Positions 24,065 through 37,800 of a stretch of DNA of 64,000 nucleotides are shown piece by piece. Position 1 is the stretch's first letter, and the number at the start of each line of letters is the position of its first letter. Under the pieces are notes generated by a model. The model was not told where the DNA came from. It ran no database searches and worked only from the letters and a program-made list of their open reading frames with translations. This DNA is from Phoronis australis (taxonomy: Eukaryota > Animalia > Phoronida), in the NCBI GenBank assembly GCA_002633005.1, contig NMRA01000075.1:821843-885842 (forward strand), given 5' to 3'. A program made the translations under genes and the position numbers.

Positions 24065-26839
24065 ATTTTCAGGCGGGTACAGATTATTCCAGTCGCTTAC
24101 CTTCTGGTGTCGGGGGGTTGACATCCCCCAATAATTGTTGGACAAGGAAAAGTTGTAGGCAAAGATATTCATTCAAATAAGTATTCCAAACCTGAAAAAG
24201 TGATTTCACATGTATGTGCATTTTTTCAAAATGGCATTTTGCAGGTGTGTTCCGCATTGCTTCACGCGAGAAGACGGAAACGAAAAGTTCCCGGTGATTA
24301 CTGCAGTAACGTTTCAGCCACACTCACGACCCTTTCTTAATATAATCACGTATACATTCTTATCAACCCAGAAGTTACATGTACGTATTAATTAATAACG
24401 AAGCAAGACGACCTGTGAGAAAGTAGGAGTTGACGCAAATTTTAACCAACCACATTTTAAATCAATGCATGAAAGGGTTACACTTTTTGGTACACTTCAA
24501 ATAAGCTCACCATAGAGGTACCTGTATGCACATTGAGGAAGTCGATTATTGTACTTCTATACTTGTCGCAATTCATGTTAGAACAACGTCGGTCACGAAA
24601 AAGGCGTTGAAATTCGATTTTTTTGCTCTAATATTCATGCTTGTGGCGATGAAAATAAATTTCCTTAACATAGAGTAACAAAAAGAATATTAATGTCCTG
24701 GTCACCGTCATCCTGAAATGATTCAAAGAACTCTTGATAATTGAATAAATAATGGAAAAAAAGTTCCATCGCCCACTCAAGAACTAAATATGTCAGTGTC
24801 CAATTTACTAAATCCTTTAACACTGGTAGAAAAGTTGTGAACAAAAGAACAATATATTGGACCGCAGATTTGGATGTTCATAAAACAGATCACCAGTTGA
24901 CTTCCTCGTCAAGCTTGAAAAGTGCTTCTTCTGTTGGACAACGAAGGATTGGGTGACTTTATTCTGTTACATGTAGCAAGGTAGAACACTTGGCAGATAT
25001 GGCGTAATTTATGAAACCATATTCGATAGTTTTAGCAGAAATAGAACATAAAATAAATATAAAGCTTGAGGTAATACTGGTGTAATGCCAACAGCAGCTA
25101 TACATGTATATTTTAAGAACTGGGACCAGAAAATATTCCCAGGACGTTCTCTTTCAAAACGTTTGTTTGAGTTCCTGTAACATGTCAATGCATATTGCAG
25201 ATGGTATATCCAATAACTCAGATTAACCAACTGTCGTCAAAGAACATCAAAATGACTGAAACATGAAAATGGTGCAAAAATGATATGATGAAATTTCACT
25301 TTTATTAAACCATAGCATTATCAGTTGTTTTGATTTTAAAGGAGAACAATTATACCTTTTTGAAAGCGTTTTTAGACAATTTGTTGTTTTCAAACATTCT
25401 GAAATGTATTGAGAAGATTTTTTAGTCTATTTTATAAAAATTTTGCAGACACGAGCGAACTTAGTCCAATAAATCAAGTCTGCGGAGTTGAATATTTCTG
25501 ATGGAGAAATCTTCGAACTTCATTCATTTGGGTCCAAGGTTTTATCACGTGTTTATTTGTGAGTGCTAACTTTCCGTACTAAAAATTTAAAACAAGGTCA
25601 TTCACCTCAAATGAGCATGAACTAAACGATGTAGGGGCCAACATGATAATCTAATAAAAACGAAGAATCAAGCATTAGTAATCGTGTATTTAGAAATACT
25701 GAGCTATCTTATGGGAATATTCAGGTCCTATTAATTTTGAGAGAGTCGTGTTGCCCGAGGTCGATTTTACCCGCAATCGGTCCATCTAAGCTCGAATACT
25801 ACTACCCCATAAGTCTTGATGGAGTCGTGCAATGACAGTGTTATTGTACGATCACCTTTCAAGGTCGGCATTTCTGTTGTTACACGATGGCAATAAAAAT
25901 TTCGACCCAAGCGCTGAAGAAAATTACATGCTGAAGACTGTCAAAAGCGTCGATATTCCCCGGAAGGGGGTTCTCCCATAAACGTGGTGACTTGGAATGT
26001 GTAACCAACAGAGGTTGGTATTCTAGCCGTCTCGGAGATTGTCTCGGGTGTCCAGTTTGGCTTGAGGAATTTTCTCAGGTAGATCTCTAGGATACTGCCA
26101 GGTAATGTCTTATATAGTAAAATCAGCGAATATTTTAACCGAAAAGTTGCCATACAAATAATTCTTCGAGAAACCAACAGTATTTACGAAGCCAACCCCA
26201 AATGCCATTTAAGTAACAATTCATTATTCCGTTCCTTCAATAATTACAGTCTTCGTAACTACTGAGGCACACCCAAGATAAATTTATAAAGGAATAAGAT
26301 CCCTGACGAACCGCCTGCGCTCATACTTCTACCACTGAAACATTCACTGGAAGCCGATATGCACAATTATTGAGATCTCTCACAATATTATGTTAATGAG
26401 AGATTCCGATGCTTGACTGAGTAAATTGGATCTTTGTGTGAGTAATCTCTACGCAAATAGTCTGAAACCGTGAGCAAACAACGGTGTTCTGAATGTAGCA
26501 CGTCATACCCAGCTAAAAAAAATTGCAAAACAAATACACGGAAGATGCTGTGTCATTCAATGCGGAAAAGTAATCAAAGAATGTCGGAATCTGACCCATC
26601 CCGGCTACTCCATCATTTGCGTGTGTCAGATATAGTGGTCGTGCTGATTATAATTATTATATCTTGCCTACGTTATCAATAAAAACGATAAGCCAACATT
26701 GCTGCCAGCGGAGAGTATACATGTACATGTGGTGATATTGGAGCTAACTGCCTGGCCTCCAATACCTGAACACAGTTTCACTAAAGCAACTCAGAAATAC
26801 ATTTCACGAACCCCAATAGCAAGGAATTCTTTAACGTTG

Positions 26840-27330
26840 GGTAGAACCCTAGAAAAATTCCAATTTTGACCAATTCCAGAACATCGTATCTGAAAATGGA
26901 GTCACAAGAAACTTTTAGATACAATTCGTTATACACTGTTCTCCAAAGACTGATGGGGATATTTTTTATGGTTCCACTGTTGCATGAAAGGCTATAAAGA
27001 GATGACTTAAATGAATCGTGTGAAAAAAATGAAGTTGCATAAAACGAAAAAGAAACGATAATTTATAAAACTATAACTTAAACAGTCATATCACACAAAT
27101 TTTGTCGTGTTATTGATTCTGTTGTTTTGCTATGAATGTACATTTCTGTTTGCTAAATTCAATTCGTAAAAAGCAAGCTCACGTGACCTAAGTTAATGGC
27201 AGGTTGGTATAAAGTCGAAAATCAAATTCTACGGAATTTCTACTATAAATTCAGAACATGTATAATTTTTCTAAATTAAATTCTATTGTTTTGCAGACCT
27301 TTGGTTAAATGTACAGGCTAGTTCAAAAGG
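26840..27330 (-). repeat. Old dispersed repeat family copy
   Basis: Reverse-complement similarity to 16200-16730 (GAACATCGTATCTGAAAATGG, GTTCCACTGTTGCATGAAAGGCTA, TCACGTGACC). Confidence 0.5.
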
Positions 27331-30300
27331 TCTTACAAAACATGATTTCTATGAAACTCAGCCGTGACCAATGTGTCCTTGTCAAATTTTTCGATCAGAT
27401 ATTTTGCAACAAATTTTAGGCTTTGTTACAAAACAAGTCTATGAAGTGATCCAGATCTCAGTGAATGACCAAATTATAAATTCTGTCGGAGTGTAAAGGG
27501 GCCATTGATCATTACACACCCTGAACGATTGCGCCGCCTACAGTCCTTTTTGCCGGATACAGGCAAGTTTCGAGCTATTTTCATTAGCACCTCGGGTTAA
27601 AGTTGGAAATACTGGCGTAGTAGAACTTCATTACGCGGATCAATATGGAGCAGTTGAAGGGACATTTAGAAAATATCTTGCAATTATCTTGCGGGGACAA
27701 CTTAATAACTAATTAAAAGTAGCCACCACGTCTTTTAAATATTTTTGACTGCTATTTATATAATTTTTAGTAACGGAGTTACATTACCAACTTCTGGCTT
27801 CGTTTGTTACGGGTAAAGGCCAAGGTCGGAGTAAATAGTAGGACGTTGACATGTTGCATCATCATGTGATTATACATTATTAATTGTGACAGACGAAGAT
27901 CAAACCCCTGTAAGAAAGGTGCTCGGATTGATGGAAGCTTGTATTTAGTAGCCGGCTCTTGCCGGTAAGGTCCAACCTCACGCTTCAAAAGAAGCCGACC
28001 ACGACACGTTCTAAATCCTTCCAAGTTGCTTCTAATGATCCCCCGCCAGTGTGCCAGTCTTCCACATAAGCTAGCGGTCAGGAAGCGAGGCCGCCAATTG
28101 TATTTTTAACTTGATGACTCTGACGGAAGTAGCACACAAAGCTTAGTTGGTTGCTTGCTTAAACATACTACGATATAAAACAGTACAGTGCAATACAAAA
28201 CAATGACAGACAAAACGTACGCAAACAAACGTGCAGGACTAAAATAGACAAAAAGACAAAGGTAATATTTCAAAAAAGCCAAAACGAACAATCAGAGTAT
28301 GGATGACATGAAAAAGTAATTACAAGTGCGGATTACATGGTCCCGTGACCGTCGTTGGAGGCGGCCCATCTGATTTTTGAATGTAGATTCCGTAAGCAAT
28401 TGTCGATTAAATGGAGCTGATGGGATGTTGATGAAAATACTTAAAGAAACAGCGGGGTTAGGCACAGTATGTCTAGGAATTTGCTTTAATATAGGGTTAA
28501 AAGACTTAATGAGACTATTTAGAAACCAAGAAACTGTCTCAAATTAGAAACATCATATACCCAAATCGTCGGTTCAGATTTACATTGAACTTTGAGATAC
28601 TATGCTTTATGCACTGTCTACAAAAGGTTATTGGGAATAGTTTTTGAAATTTTTCACTTTGCATATTAAGAGGCTTTCTAAAACTAGGACTTATATGAGT
28701 TGCACGTAAATTGAACACGAAACGAGAATTTAGAAAACGGTAACAGTTTTTTGAGATTTTCTCTTGAACTTTAGCCAGCGTGTGGTAAACACCTGTGAGC
28801 TGCTCATTCAGCACAGGTTTTTCGTTAATGACTAATTAATAGAGGCTGCAAAGTCTTAAACCGAAACGTGTCATTTTCTATAAATCACATAGTAGTATTG
28901 TCTTATTTCTTTGCTAGTTATTATTGGGCAGTGTTGGTGGAAAAATGATCTTGAAAGGACACGCCCGGCAAATACATGACAACCGTCGGGAGAGAGACCA
29001 TACCGCGTGACCAAAGTATCGCTGTCTATGACATGTGTAGTAATAAACACAACTTTACAATAATCAACACAGCAGGCTTTTTTTCTGTGCCGCAGAAGGT
29101 TCAGATTACTGAAGGATTTTAGTCACTAATTTGTGCTGTCAGCCAAATGTCTACAAAAGAGTTGGTCATAACTGAGTAAATATTTTGAAACTAAAAGCCT
29201 GTAGAATTTTTTTTACTTATTAAAATCTATCATTAATTGCGTCACGTGAATATTTTAAGAAAAATAGAGCAAAACAAAAGCCACATTCACAGCAAAATTA
29301 TGGTATCATTGACAACGTGACCACATTTCGTTTGATCTAAATATTATAGATGTTACAATTTTCTTAATTGTCATTTCGTTTTCGATTTATGCAATTTCAT
29401 GTTTTCTAGAAGACCATGAGGGTCCTACCATGTATGATGGCCCCTAATGCAAATGTGTGAAAACAATTCTTAACACTGTATCGGAGAAAAGAGCTTTCAA
29501 CATAATATCTGATAATTGTATTATATCTCGACTAGCCATTCGTGACGTATCATGCTCTTACGTGAGCGAATTTTCGACATTTTTGTAGTGTCTGAAACAG
29601 TTGATACTGTATGCACTTATTTATCATATTCATAAAATTTCATCAACTTAGTATACTTTTTCGCGTGTTTAAGTCTGACTTGTACACTCTTCTCCTTAGA
29701 AGTTGCTTTGATCAGTAGGCCCACACAGCACATTAATGCACCTTGGTGGGGAAACTCCTCCCTCCAAATATTTTCCCAACAGCCTTTGCGCATAGATCTT
29801 TGGAATTTGACCGAAGGTGAAACTCTTTAGGGTGAAATGGGGTTTCCAAAATGAAGATAAATATCCATTCTGTTCATTTGCGAGAGATCGATGAAAATGT
29901 ATTAAAGTTGCAAGTACTACACAACGGCTGAAATAGTGTAAAATACATGTACGCTATATAGGGATACATTTTTCACCACATTCTAATGGTTCGAAGTGGG
30001 TTAGACAGCACACAAATTATGCAGTGGCTTGTAAATTAGACCCGAAGCAAATAATATTAATACTCATGGTTAGAAAGGCAAATTGTGTTGTTTTAGGTGA
30101 TACAATAGTTAATTTTCACTGGCTACCGATTGTAATCGATCAAGCACTTAGGTCCCTCGCCTGCATGCCGCTGTGAGGACTTACACTCCGGAAAGAAATC
30201 CAACACGTGAGACGTTCGCCTCACCACCTCACGAGCCAAAATCCTTGCTATTCATTTGTCACACAGGTGAGCTACGAGTTTATCAGGCTCATTTGCATTT

Positions 30301-30364
30301 GAGGGGGGAATCTTTTTAATGCGCTTGCTCTACAGGTAAGTCTACTACATGTACGCCACTTTAA

Positions 30365-31288
30365 ACAGTACACACCATGGATTTTTGCACATTTTGAAGT
30401 ACCGGTGGCTACAGACTAAATACATGACGTAAAATTCAGCTAAACCCATCTTTATTTTGTGTAATTAGCTGAAAATTTTGATTTTTCTTTCAATTTTGCC
30501 AACTCACATTTCCCGCCATGTGACGTCATGGGTTGAACACAAGAGATCAGTGACTAGCATTGAACAATGGCGGAGAGCAGGGAATTTGAAAGCGACGACG
30601 ATTATGAGCAAGAATTGAACAAATACTATGAAGAAACGTACGGGAATGGTGGCCAGGATGAGAAAATTTGGTTGCACGAAAGCGAGAATAAGTTTAATGC
30701 GATTCGGTAGCGTACTTTTCTACTTTAAGCCTTCAGAACTGGATCCTACCGCGAGAGAAGCGGCCTCGGGCTCGGCGAGTCAACCCAGTCATCCAACAGG
30801 CGATCCTGAATTAAAAGCTGATGTTTATGAATGATAAATATTGTCCTTTATTGAACCAGGCCTTCATCGTAACATCTCCTGTGACTGGAGTCGAAACACG
30901 AGTCCTCAAAGTGGGCAGAACACAGAGTGACCCCGGACCGAATCGCTTGGCCCACGATGACGTCCAGCACTCTCGTTCGGCGCAACTTTTGTGTCTTTCG
31001 GAACACCGAGACGTTCTCCGCCTGGTTGCTGTGGCTGCAGCCTCCGGAAACACGTCTTTTGATCCCTCTACGAACATTCTCGACGCTAAATGTACTTTGC
31101 TTTTTCTTCACTCTCTGATCCGGACACTATAGCGAACGACTTGGGTTCAACCCATGACGTTGTACATAATTATTATTTTTTTCAATGTTTGCGTGTTTCT
31201 TTATGAGCTGTGCACTAAAGGCACTGAAATCTAGTAAGATATAATAATAAAATTTATTTTGAGGTACTAGAGTCATGTTGTGTACACT
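30365..31288 (-). mobile_element. Non-autonomous Kolobok-like element, family 2
   Basis: TTAA on both sides. TIR ACAGTACACACCATG / CATGTTGTGTACACT and subterminal IR ACGTCATGGGTTGAAC. Minus-strand THAP remnant (RRVSGGCSHSN..VSVF...LCSAHFEDSCF, ~30848-31060) faces an acidic ORF start (MAESREFESDDDYEQE, ATG 30567). Confidence 0.75.
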
Positions 31289-31737
31289 TTAACAAAATTG
31301 CGACTATTGTCACCATGCGCCCTCTGTCGCTTGGTTGCTATCTTGTTATAACTACAGCAAACTACCGCCGAGCCTACTCTGTGTGAAAGAATTCGGCGTG
31401 GCTCATAAAAAGCGACTACCCCTCGCGTTCTGTCTTCTTCTGATTAGTGCTCTTTCTGTTAAGTTGGTCTTACGGTCTATGACTACAGTTTTCAAACGTT
31501 TCTGAATATTCGCCCAACAAGCGTGTTGCGAAAACTCTGCCCATCAATAATTCACATGTACATAAACATCGCATTTTCATATATTACAGAAAACGCACTT
31601 TGTATCTCTCGGGATTGTGTGATCTCAAATAGAGTCCAAGTGATTAGAGCTAATACAGAACTGAAATGTCAGTCGGCGGACTTTTGAGCTAAATCGCAGT
31701 CTGTTTGATCCGCTCATTTGGACCTACTACTACTAGC

Positions 31738-31837
31738 ATGCACTTGCGTATAATCGTACTCCTAGTTTTCTTCGCCCAGTGTGATAGGTGTGTCACCATT
31801 AAAGATTCAACTTCTCCGAAGCATCACATACCAGTTG
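31738..31837 (+). CDS. GRIA: iGluR exon 1 (signal peptide)
   Basis: [34 protein letters not shown]|GTGAGT. Confidence 0.75.
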
Positions 31838-34800
31838 GTGAGTTTTGCTTTTGCACGAGTATATAACATATACTTCCAAAAATTTAAACATTAATGACTG
31901 ATAATTTCCCTGAGGGTGTGTTAGGACTTCAACTTCATTGTCTGTGCTTTATGTGAATTAGTCACCAAAAGATTTGTTGAAATTCTCGCCAAGTCAAACA
32001 GTATACCACGTGGTAAAGACCATTTGCCATAAGGTGTCACTTGATATTGAATGTTGGGTGGATAGAAAACTTGTAAATTTCGGGAATCTTTGTGACATAT
32101 TAAAGTTACATAATTGTGGACAATGAAGCATCAATAAAATGCACCGAATTACACTTCAACAGTTTTGGAGCCTTTTCATCAAAAATAGTTCGACTTTCTA
32201 TTGCTAAGATATTTTTTTTAAACCTGGTTTCATAACTATAAAGCGTCAATGCTTCTTTCGATATTATCGTAAGAATAGTATTTATTTTCAAGATCTCTAC
32301 TGGAGTTGTTTGAAAGCAACTCGCACATGTTGAACAGACTGTCGGGGGTACGAAATTTTTATCACCGTGTACATAGTACATGTACATGTCTAAAGAGTTA
32401 CGGTACTCCAAATATTGTAGATATGCTTGCAAGCATATGAAAAGACTTCAGGGATTTTTGGAGTTCAAGATTAACTCATAAACCGGTATAGCTACCCCTA
32501 AAATGAACCAAAACACAAGTTAATACGAATTAATTCGAATACAAAATCTTGGGGCCTCAAACCCCATGGATAGTCTCGATTGCCATGTTTGGATGGATGC
32601 CGTCAAGAGTCTGCCAGCATACCATTGGGAACTGTTAACAGTATACAGTTTTGACAAACAATGAATTTGTCGGTTTCTGATTGACATGCTTACTTGTACG
32701 TGTCAACAAAGATCGATTATGGATGATTTTTGACAATTAAATTTTATTATTTTAAGAATCGGTGATGCTTCAGTTAACTTATTTGCAGAATGAAGTTGTG
32801 AAAACTTGTACAGGTACCAACCAATCCTCGAATACCTGAAAAAGTGGTGGCGGCTATAGCCACCCCCAGAATCCCTGTGGTGCACTGCCCATAGATCACG
32901 GGCGGCGCAGCAGTGAAAAGGTGGGGATATAGCCCCCCCCCCTCCCCCATCCCCTATGGTGCGCCGCCCATGAAATGGCAAAATACAGTAGAAGATTTTT
33001 GCTTGTCTGAAATAACTCAAATGTATAGACGGAATTCGTAAAGTAGAACGTACCCACAATTCAAATGACAATAAATACATACGATTAGTGGTTTAAATTC
33101 ACGAACAGGAGATCAAAAAGGAATTAAGTCTTTAAATCAAATTATACCACTCATACGTCTTGATACGGACGTGCAATAACCGTGCCACGGTGTCCATGCA
33201 ATAAACCTTTGACTTCGTCAAAATACTCACACGGTGCATCAACCTCGGCTAATAACACAGCCATCAAAAGACACGCGTAGTTTAATTAATATTTTCACGA
33301 TGGCGATCAACGTAACAACTGATTATGTTGCCTCCTCGATTTCAATAATAAAACTGGAAGTTTGTGCTAGGAATCGACCATTGATAATAAAATCACAAAG
33401 ATACAAATATACTGCTGTGGAACCTATAGCTGTGGTCAAAATTATAACTTCGTCAATCCTACCCGGACATAACCCCAAAAATGATTGTTTCGACGATAAA
33501 ACTGAGCCCATACAGAGCTAAGTAGGTCAAGTCTAAACTTTCAAAAAAATTAAACTTCAAACTAAGATAAATCAAGTATGCGGCAACAAATGTTCCTGTT
33601 GAACCAATCAACGAACCCCATTGGGTCTATTCTTTTATCATCTGAAGAACGTTAACTCGCCGCATTACAAAAACAATAATAAAGATGTACTGCGTGGGCT
33701 TAAATAGAGGTCGCCGTTCCTTATCAAAATTCCTATACAAGTTTTATTAGGTGCACTATGTGTCGATAAGTATGAAAATCAGATCAGTGCGAAAAGCCTA
33801 GCTAAAGAAGATCAATGCTATTCTATAAATTGTAAATACCAAATATGCACCAGACTTTCAGGGTTTACAAAACTGACCACTTGGTCGAAAAACGTTTTGG
33901 GAGAGATATCAAGCATAGTTGCGAACTGACGAAATGATCTGATCCATCTTTGATAAAAGTGAAGCTAGTTTTTGAAATATTGATTACATCATCTACCGGT
34001 GCTAGACGCATTAATGCCATTTATCGTTAGACTTGTGAGAAGCCGATGTCAGTTTATTGACTGCTATTAACATTTCATCACAATTATATAATGCAGCTGA
34101 TCTTCTAACAGCGCAACAAGGGAATTGGCCGTGAAATATGGAGGCATTAGCTTAATATACACTGTGTTAGTGTCTAGAATAATCAAATTTGCACTTGCCG
34201 TTTGGTTGAGAAAACTTAAAGCCGGAATGAGGTGAAAGATCGACTTTCCCTGATTTCAATCTCATTCTCCTGTATTGCAATACATAACAGTTAACGTGAG
34301 TGGCTCCATCCTAGAGAAGGATGGTTCAAGGCGTCTTCACCATAGCATGGACTCCATTCACGCTGAAGCTTCACCAGTTCGAGAACGAGAGGGGGTATGC
34401 AATCTCATTGGTCATAAATATGACGTCAAGTAATTTAACAACGAGAGGTGTCCTTCCCAACAAAGACAGAGATTGGTAACCTCATTGCAATAATTCTCTT
34501 TTACTTTTAATTTCATCTTGATGTTCGTCGGTTAGGGCAACACATTTATAATGTGACCGTTCGAGTATAGGCTCTACTGCGTTAGTGTTGAACTACAGTA
34601 AATGTGCTGCGCTGAAGCGATGTAAGGAAGTCTATAAAGCCAGGAGCTTGATTGTGGGCTTGCAGTAAGTCAATTGCGCGCTGGAACTAGGCTACTTTAT
34701 CTCGAGCTAGTACTCGATAAGGAGTTTCCCTAATGCCCGTGAGGAGACGTTGCTCTCCCTCAACAGTCATGATATCGTCTCAATACGCAGTCTTGTCAGT

Positions 34801-37800
34801 CTAGACTGTTCTCGTTGACTGAATAGTGCTCTCTTATCCTCATTAGCTCTGCCCTTTAAACTCTTCACGCTATGGTCAAGAAATAAACGCAAAAAATCAA
34901 AAAAGGAAAATTTTGTGTGACGTCAATAGTGGCGGTCCATGTCTCCCCCACTGTGTTGTTTTACACCAGCCGTGAGCGGGAGTGGTCTCGAAAAAGTTGA
35001 ATATTGCCTGAGACGAGTATTTTGAAAAGGTGCCTGCGCGACCACTGGACCAAAATATAGGCGACTAACACAACGGTACAAACCCCTCATAATTTTGGAA
35101 CAGATACATGTAAGACAGAAACGTGTATCATTTACTTGAAATGAAATCCAATTAGCATCCCAATAATTACTTATCTCCGTTCCTGACAAACGAACTCGGA
35201 ATTCGAAGAAATGAAATCAATATGACCGCTATTAGCGACTGGGTTTTTTGACAGTCAGGGTAAAAACGTGGGATATAGATTTGCAGTTCGAGACATATAC
35301 ATATCACCTGATACTAAAGTGGTTAGAAAATTTAATCTTGATTCAATAAAAGGCTATATTTACCAGAAATGTTAGCTCTGAAATCAAGACTGTCCGCAGA
35401 CTAGGTAGGTTCCGACTCGGCTTCACTCGCCAAAGACGCGGGTGCTGGAATTTTGAGTTCGCACATCCTCAAACGCGCAAAGGCTTTCGATATGACGATG
35501 TCTAATTTATTATCTGTTTCACCTAGGGCATGGGTGTTCTCTTCACCCCATCTGTACCTGCCTTCATAATACTCGTGAAGTTCGCTCTCTGTCTTCGTAA
35601 TTTAGTCTCTTCTATCAGCCATTGTAGACATGCTGTCAATTGATTACTGTCTTCCACTGATGACATCACGCGGTGGAAAACCTTTAAATCATTAATTGTC
35701 CTTTAAAATTCAAATTTGCCGAATGTTTCCCAAAATAAGTGTTTTTCTTATTTAGATTTATGTTAGTAATTAACCATACACGATCTAAAACCTAAAATGT
35801 GCAAAAATCCATTGGAGGAGAGCAAAAGAATTAGCGCATGTAGATGTTTCTAGGCACATGCGCACATACGTGTCGTGAAGCAGCGCCATACGCGGATTTT
35901 GACGCATGCGTCTGAAATACTTAGCTGTGTGAAACGTTAGAGCGGTTGAGTCTTACGTGATTTATTTACTGCAAATTATGACCGTTGACGAGTTTTCACT
36001 TCGGTACTTAGTAATGTGCATGCCCACTGGTTTAGTCCGAAAGGGTTGTTCGCATGCACCCAAAGGATATATTTTAACCTGCATTCTCGAAATTCTTGGT
36101 GTATATACGAAACGATTTTGTTGTTCAAAAGACGAAATTTTGCTCCGCGAAGTCTTTGTCATTTGTCATGTTTGAAGCCGTCTTGGAAATTTTGGGAAAA
36201 CCATTGTACGAACCATTTGTTATTGCTGGAGAGATACAAAACACAGAGCGATTTAAAATGTTTTAAACCACCAATTCCCTATCAAAAACACCAACAAACA
36301 ACAACACCAGTAGATCAGATGTCAAATTAAAACACTAAATGATGATAGCTGAGCTCCAGTGGAGCATTTGTTGGTCGATGCTTTCTACGTAAAATCGGGA
36401 CAACCAATCCAAACACGAGTCATCCTCCGCCTCCGTTATGTTTGGAGTGAGAAAACGTCAGATTGCTGCTCGTTTTCTCGTGGTTCATGGCATAACAGAG
36501 AATGGCGAAGAGTTGCGTTAGTGGTGGTTGTGACAGCTTAATATTTGACAACGTTGGTGCTCTTTTCACGTTATCCGTGGGACATCGGAGAAGCACGGAT
36601 ACGGCACAAGTTTGTAAAAGAACTCCCCCTGTTGGTGGAAATGACACATTGGATGCCGCTGGGTAGGCCAACGTTCATACGTCACAGAATATGAATTTCA
36701 TCTTCAATGTTTCCTTTTTCGCAATAGCATTATTTATAAGCATCTGAGAATAAACAAAGTCTCCAAATGCATTGAAACTTTAGGAAACATAAGAGAGTAC
36801 ATCATCAGGCTGTTTCATGCAGAAACTGGGCCAGAGATCACTAATTATAACTCGGACCCTTCTAATCCAGACTGTACCTTGTCGAGTATCTATAGAAATG
36901 GAGACGACCAAATTTTTAAGACCCTTTTAGAATTAAACAAACTTGAAAATTATTTTTGAGTTGCGTTGGGAGGTGTGGAGCGATAAAACAAGAACAATGA
37001 AATTTGAAAGTTTTTGAAACCCAACTTGAATCTTTTCCGTAGAGGGCGTGTGAAACAGGACTTTGCTGTTTGCGGATTTTTCGAAAAAAAGTCTGGGGTA
37101 TGTAATTTGTAAATGGAATTGTATTTATTGTACTGATTCCTTTTTTAATATATGTATTAGCATTGTATAACAAGGTATCAAGATGTGGTTTACAAAATCA
37201 CTGTACCATATATAGTGACTACTGCTTCGTGTCCGCTACAGACAAGGTAGCAGTGTGGGAATTGTCGAGTAATTTTCCCGAGTGTAATTGGTGGTCACGC
37301 TTTCTTGAGTACTACTCAGAAAACTGATTATTACTCAGGCTTTTGAGTACTTCTGATTGATTTTGGTGCACTTCAAAACAATAAGGGGCAATAACCTCTT
37401 TGTCCCTCTTTGGATTCGCCACTGTCAGCTACTCACGAGAGGAAGTACTTTGTAGGTACGATTCCAAATTCGTGGAAAACACAAAACAAATTCGTGAGAA
37501 GTACAACAGTAACAAGAAATTCGGGTCCCATCACAAATTCTTTGTGTTGAAGAATGAAAAACAGTAGACCGCCATCGAAAGGATGGGAGTTGAAGAACAT
37601 GAAGACCACTATTTGTGAATTACACAGGAATATTGGGGCTGATAAAAAGTCAATATTTTCCCACAGTATCTTTTAATAATGTACATGCACATGTACCGGC
37701 AATCCTAAAGAAATATTTCAGCCATTTTCGGATTTCACGTTTAACTCGTAAACCTTATAGCTACCTCATGAATTGCTAATTAAATATTTTGTTTTGATAA

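Noticed and set aside
23741-24172. ORFs spanning X runs
   Set aside because: Artefacts of the N gap.
35950-36690. Possible additional THAP or accessory-ORF remnant ([12 protein letters not shown])
   Set aside because: Lacks the first Cys and the downstream motifs, and no paired TTAA termini were found.
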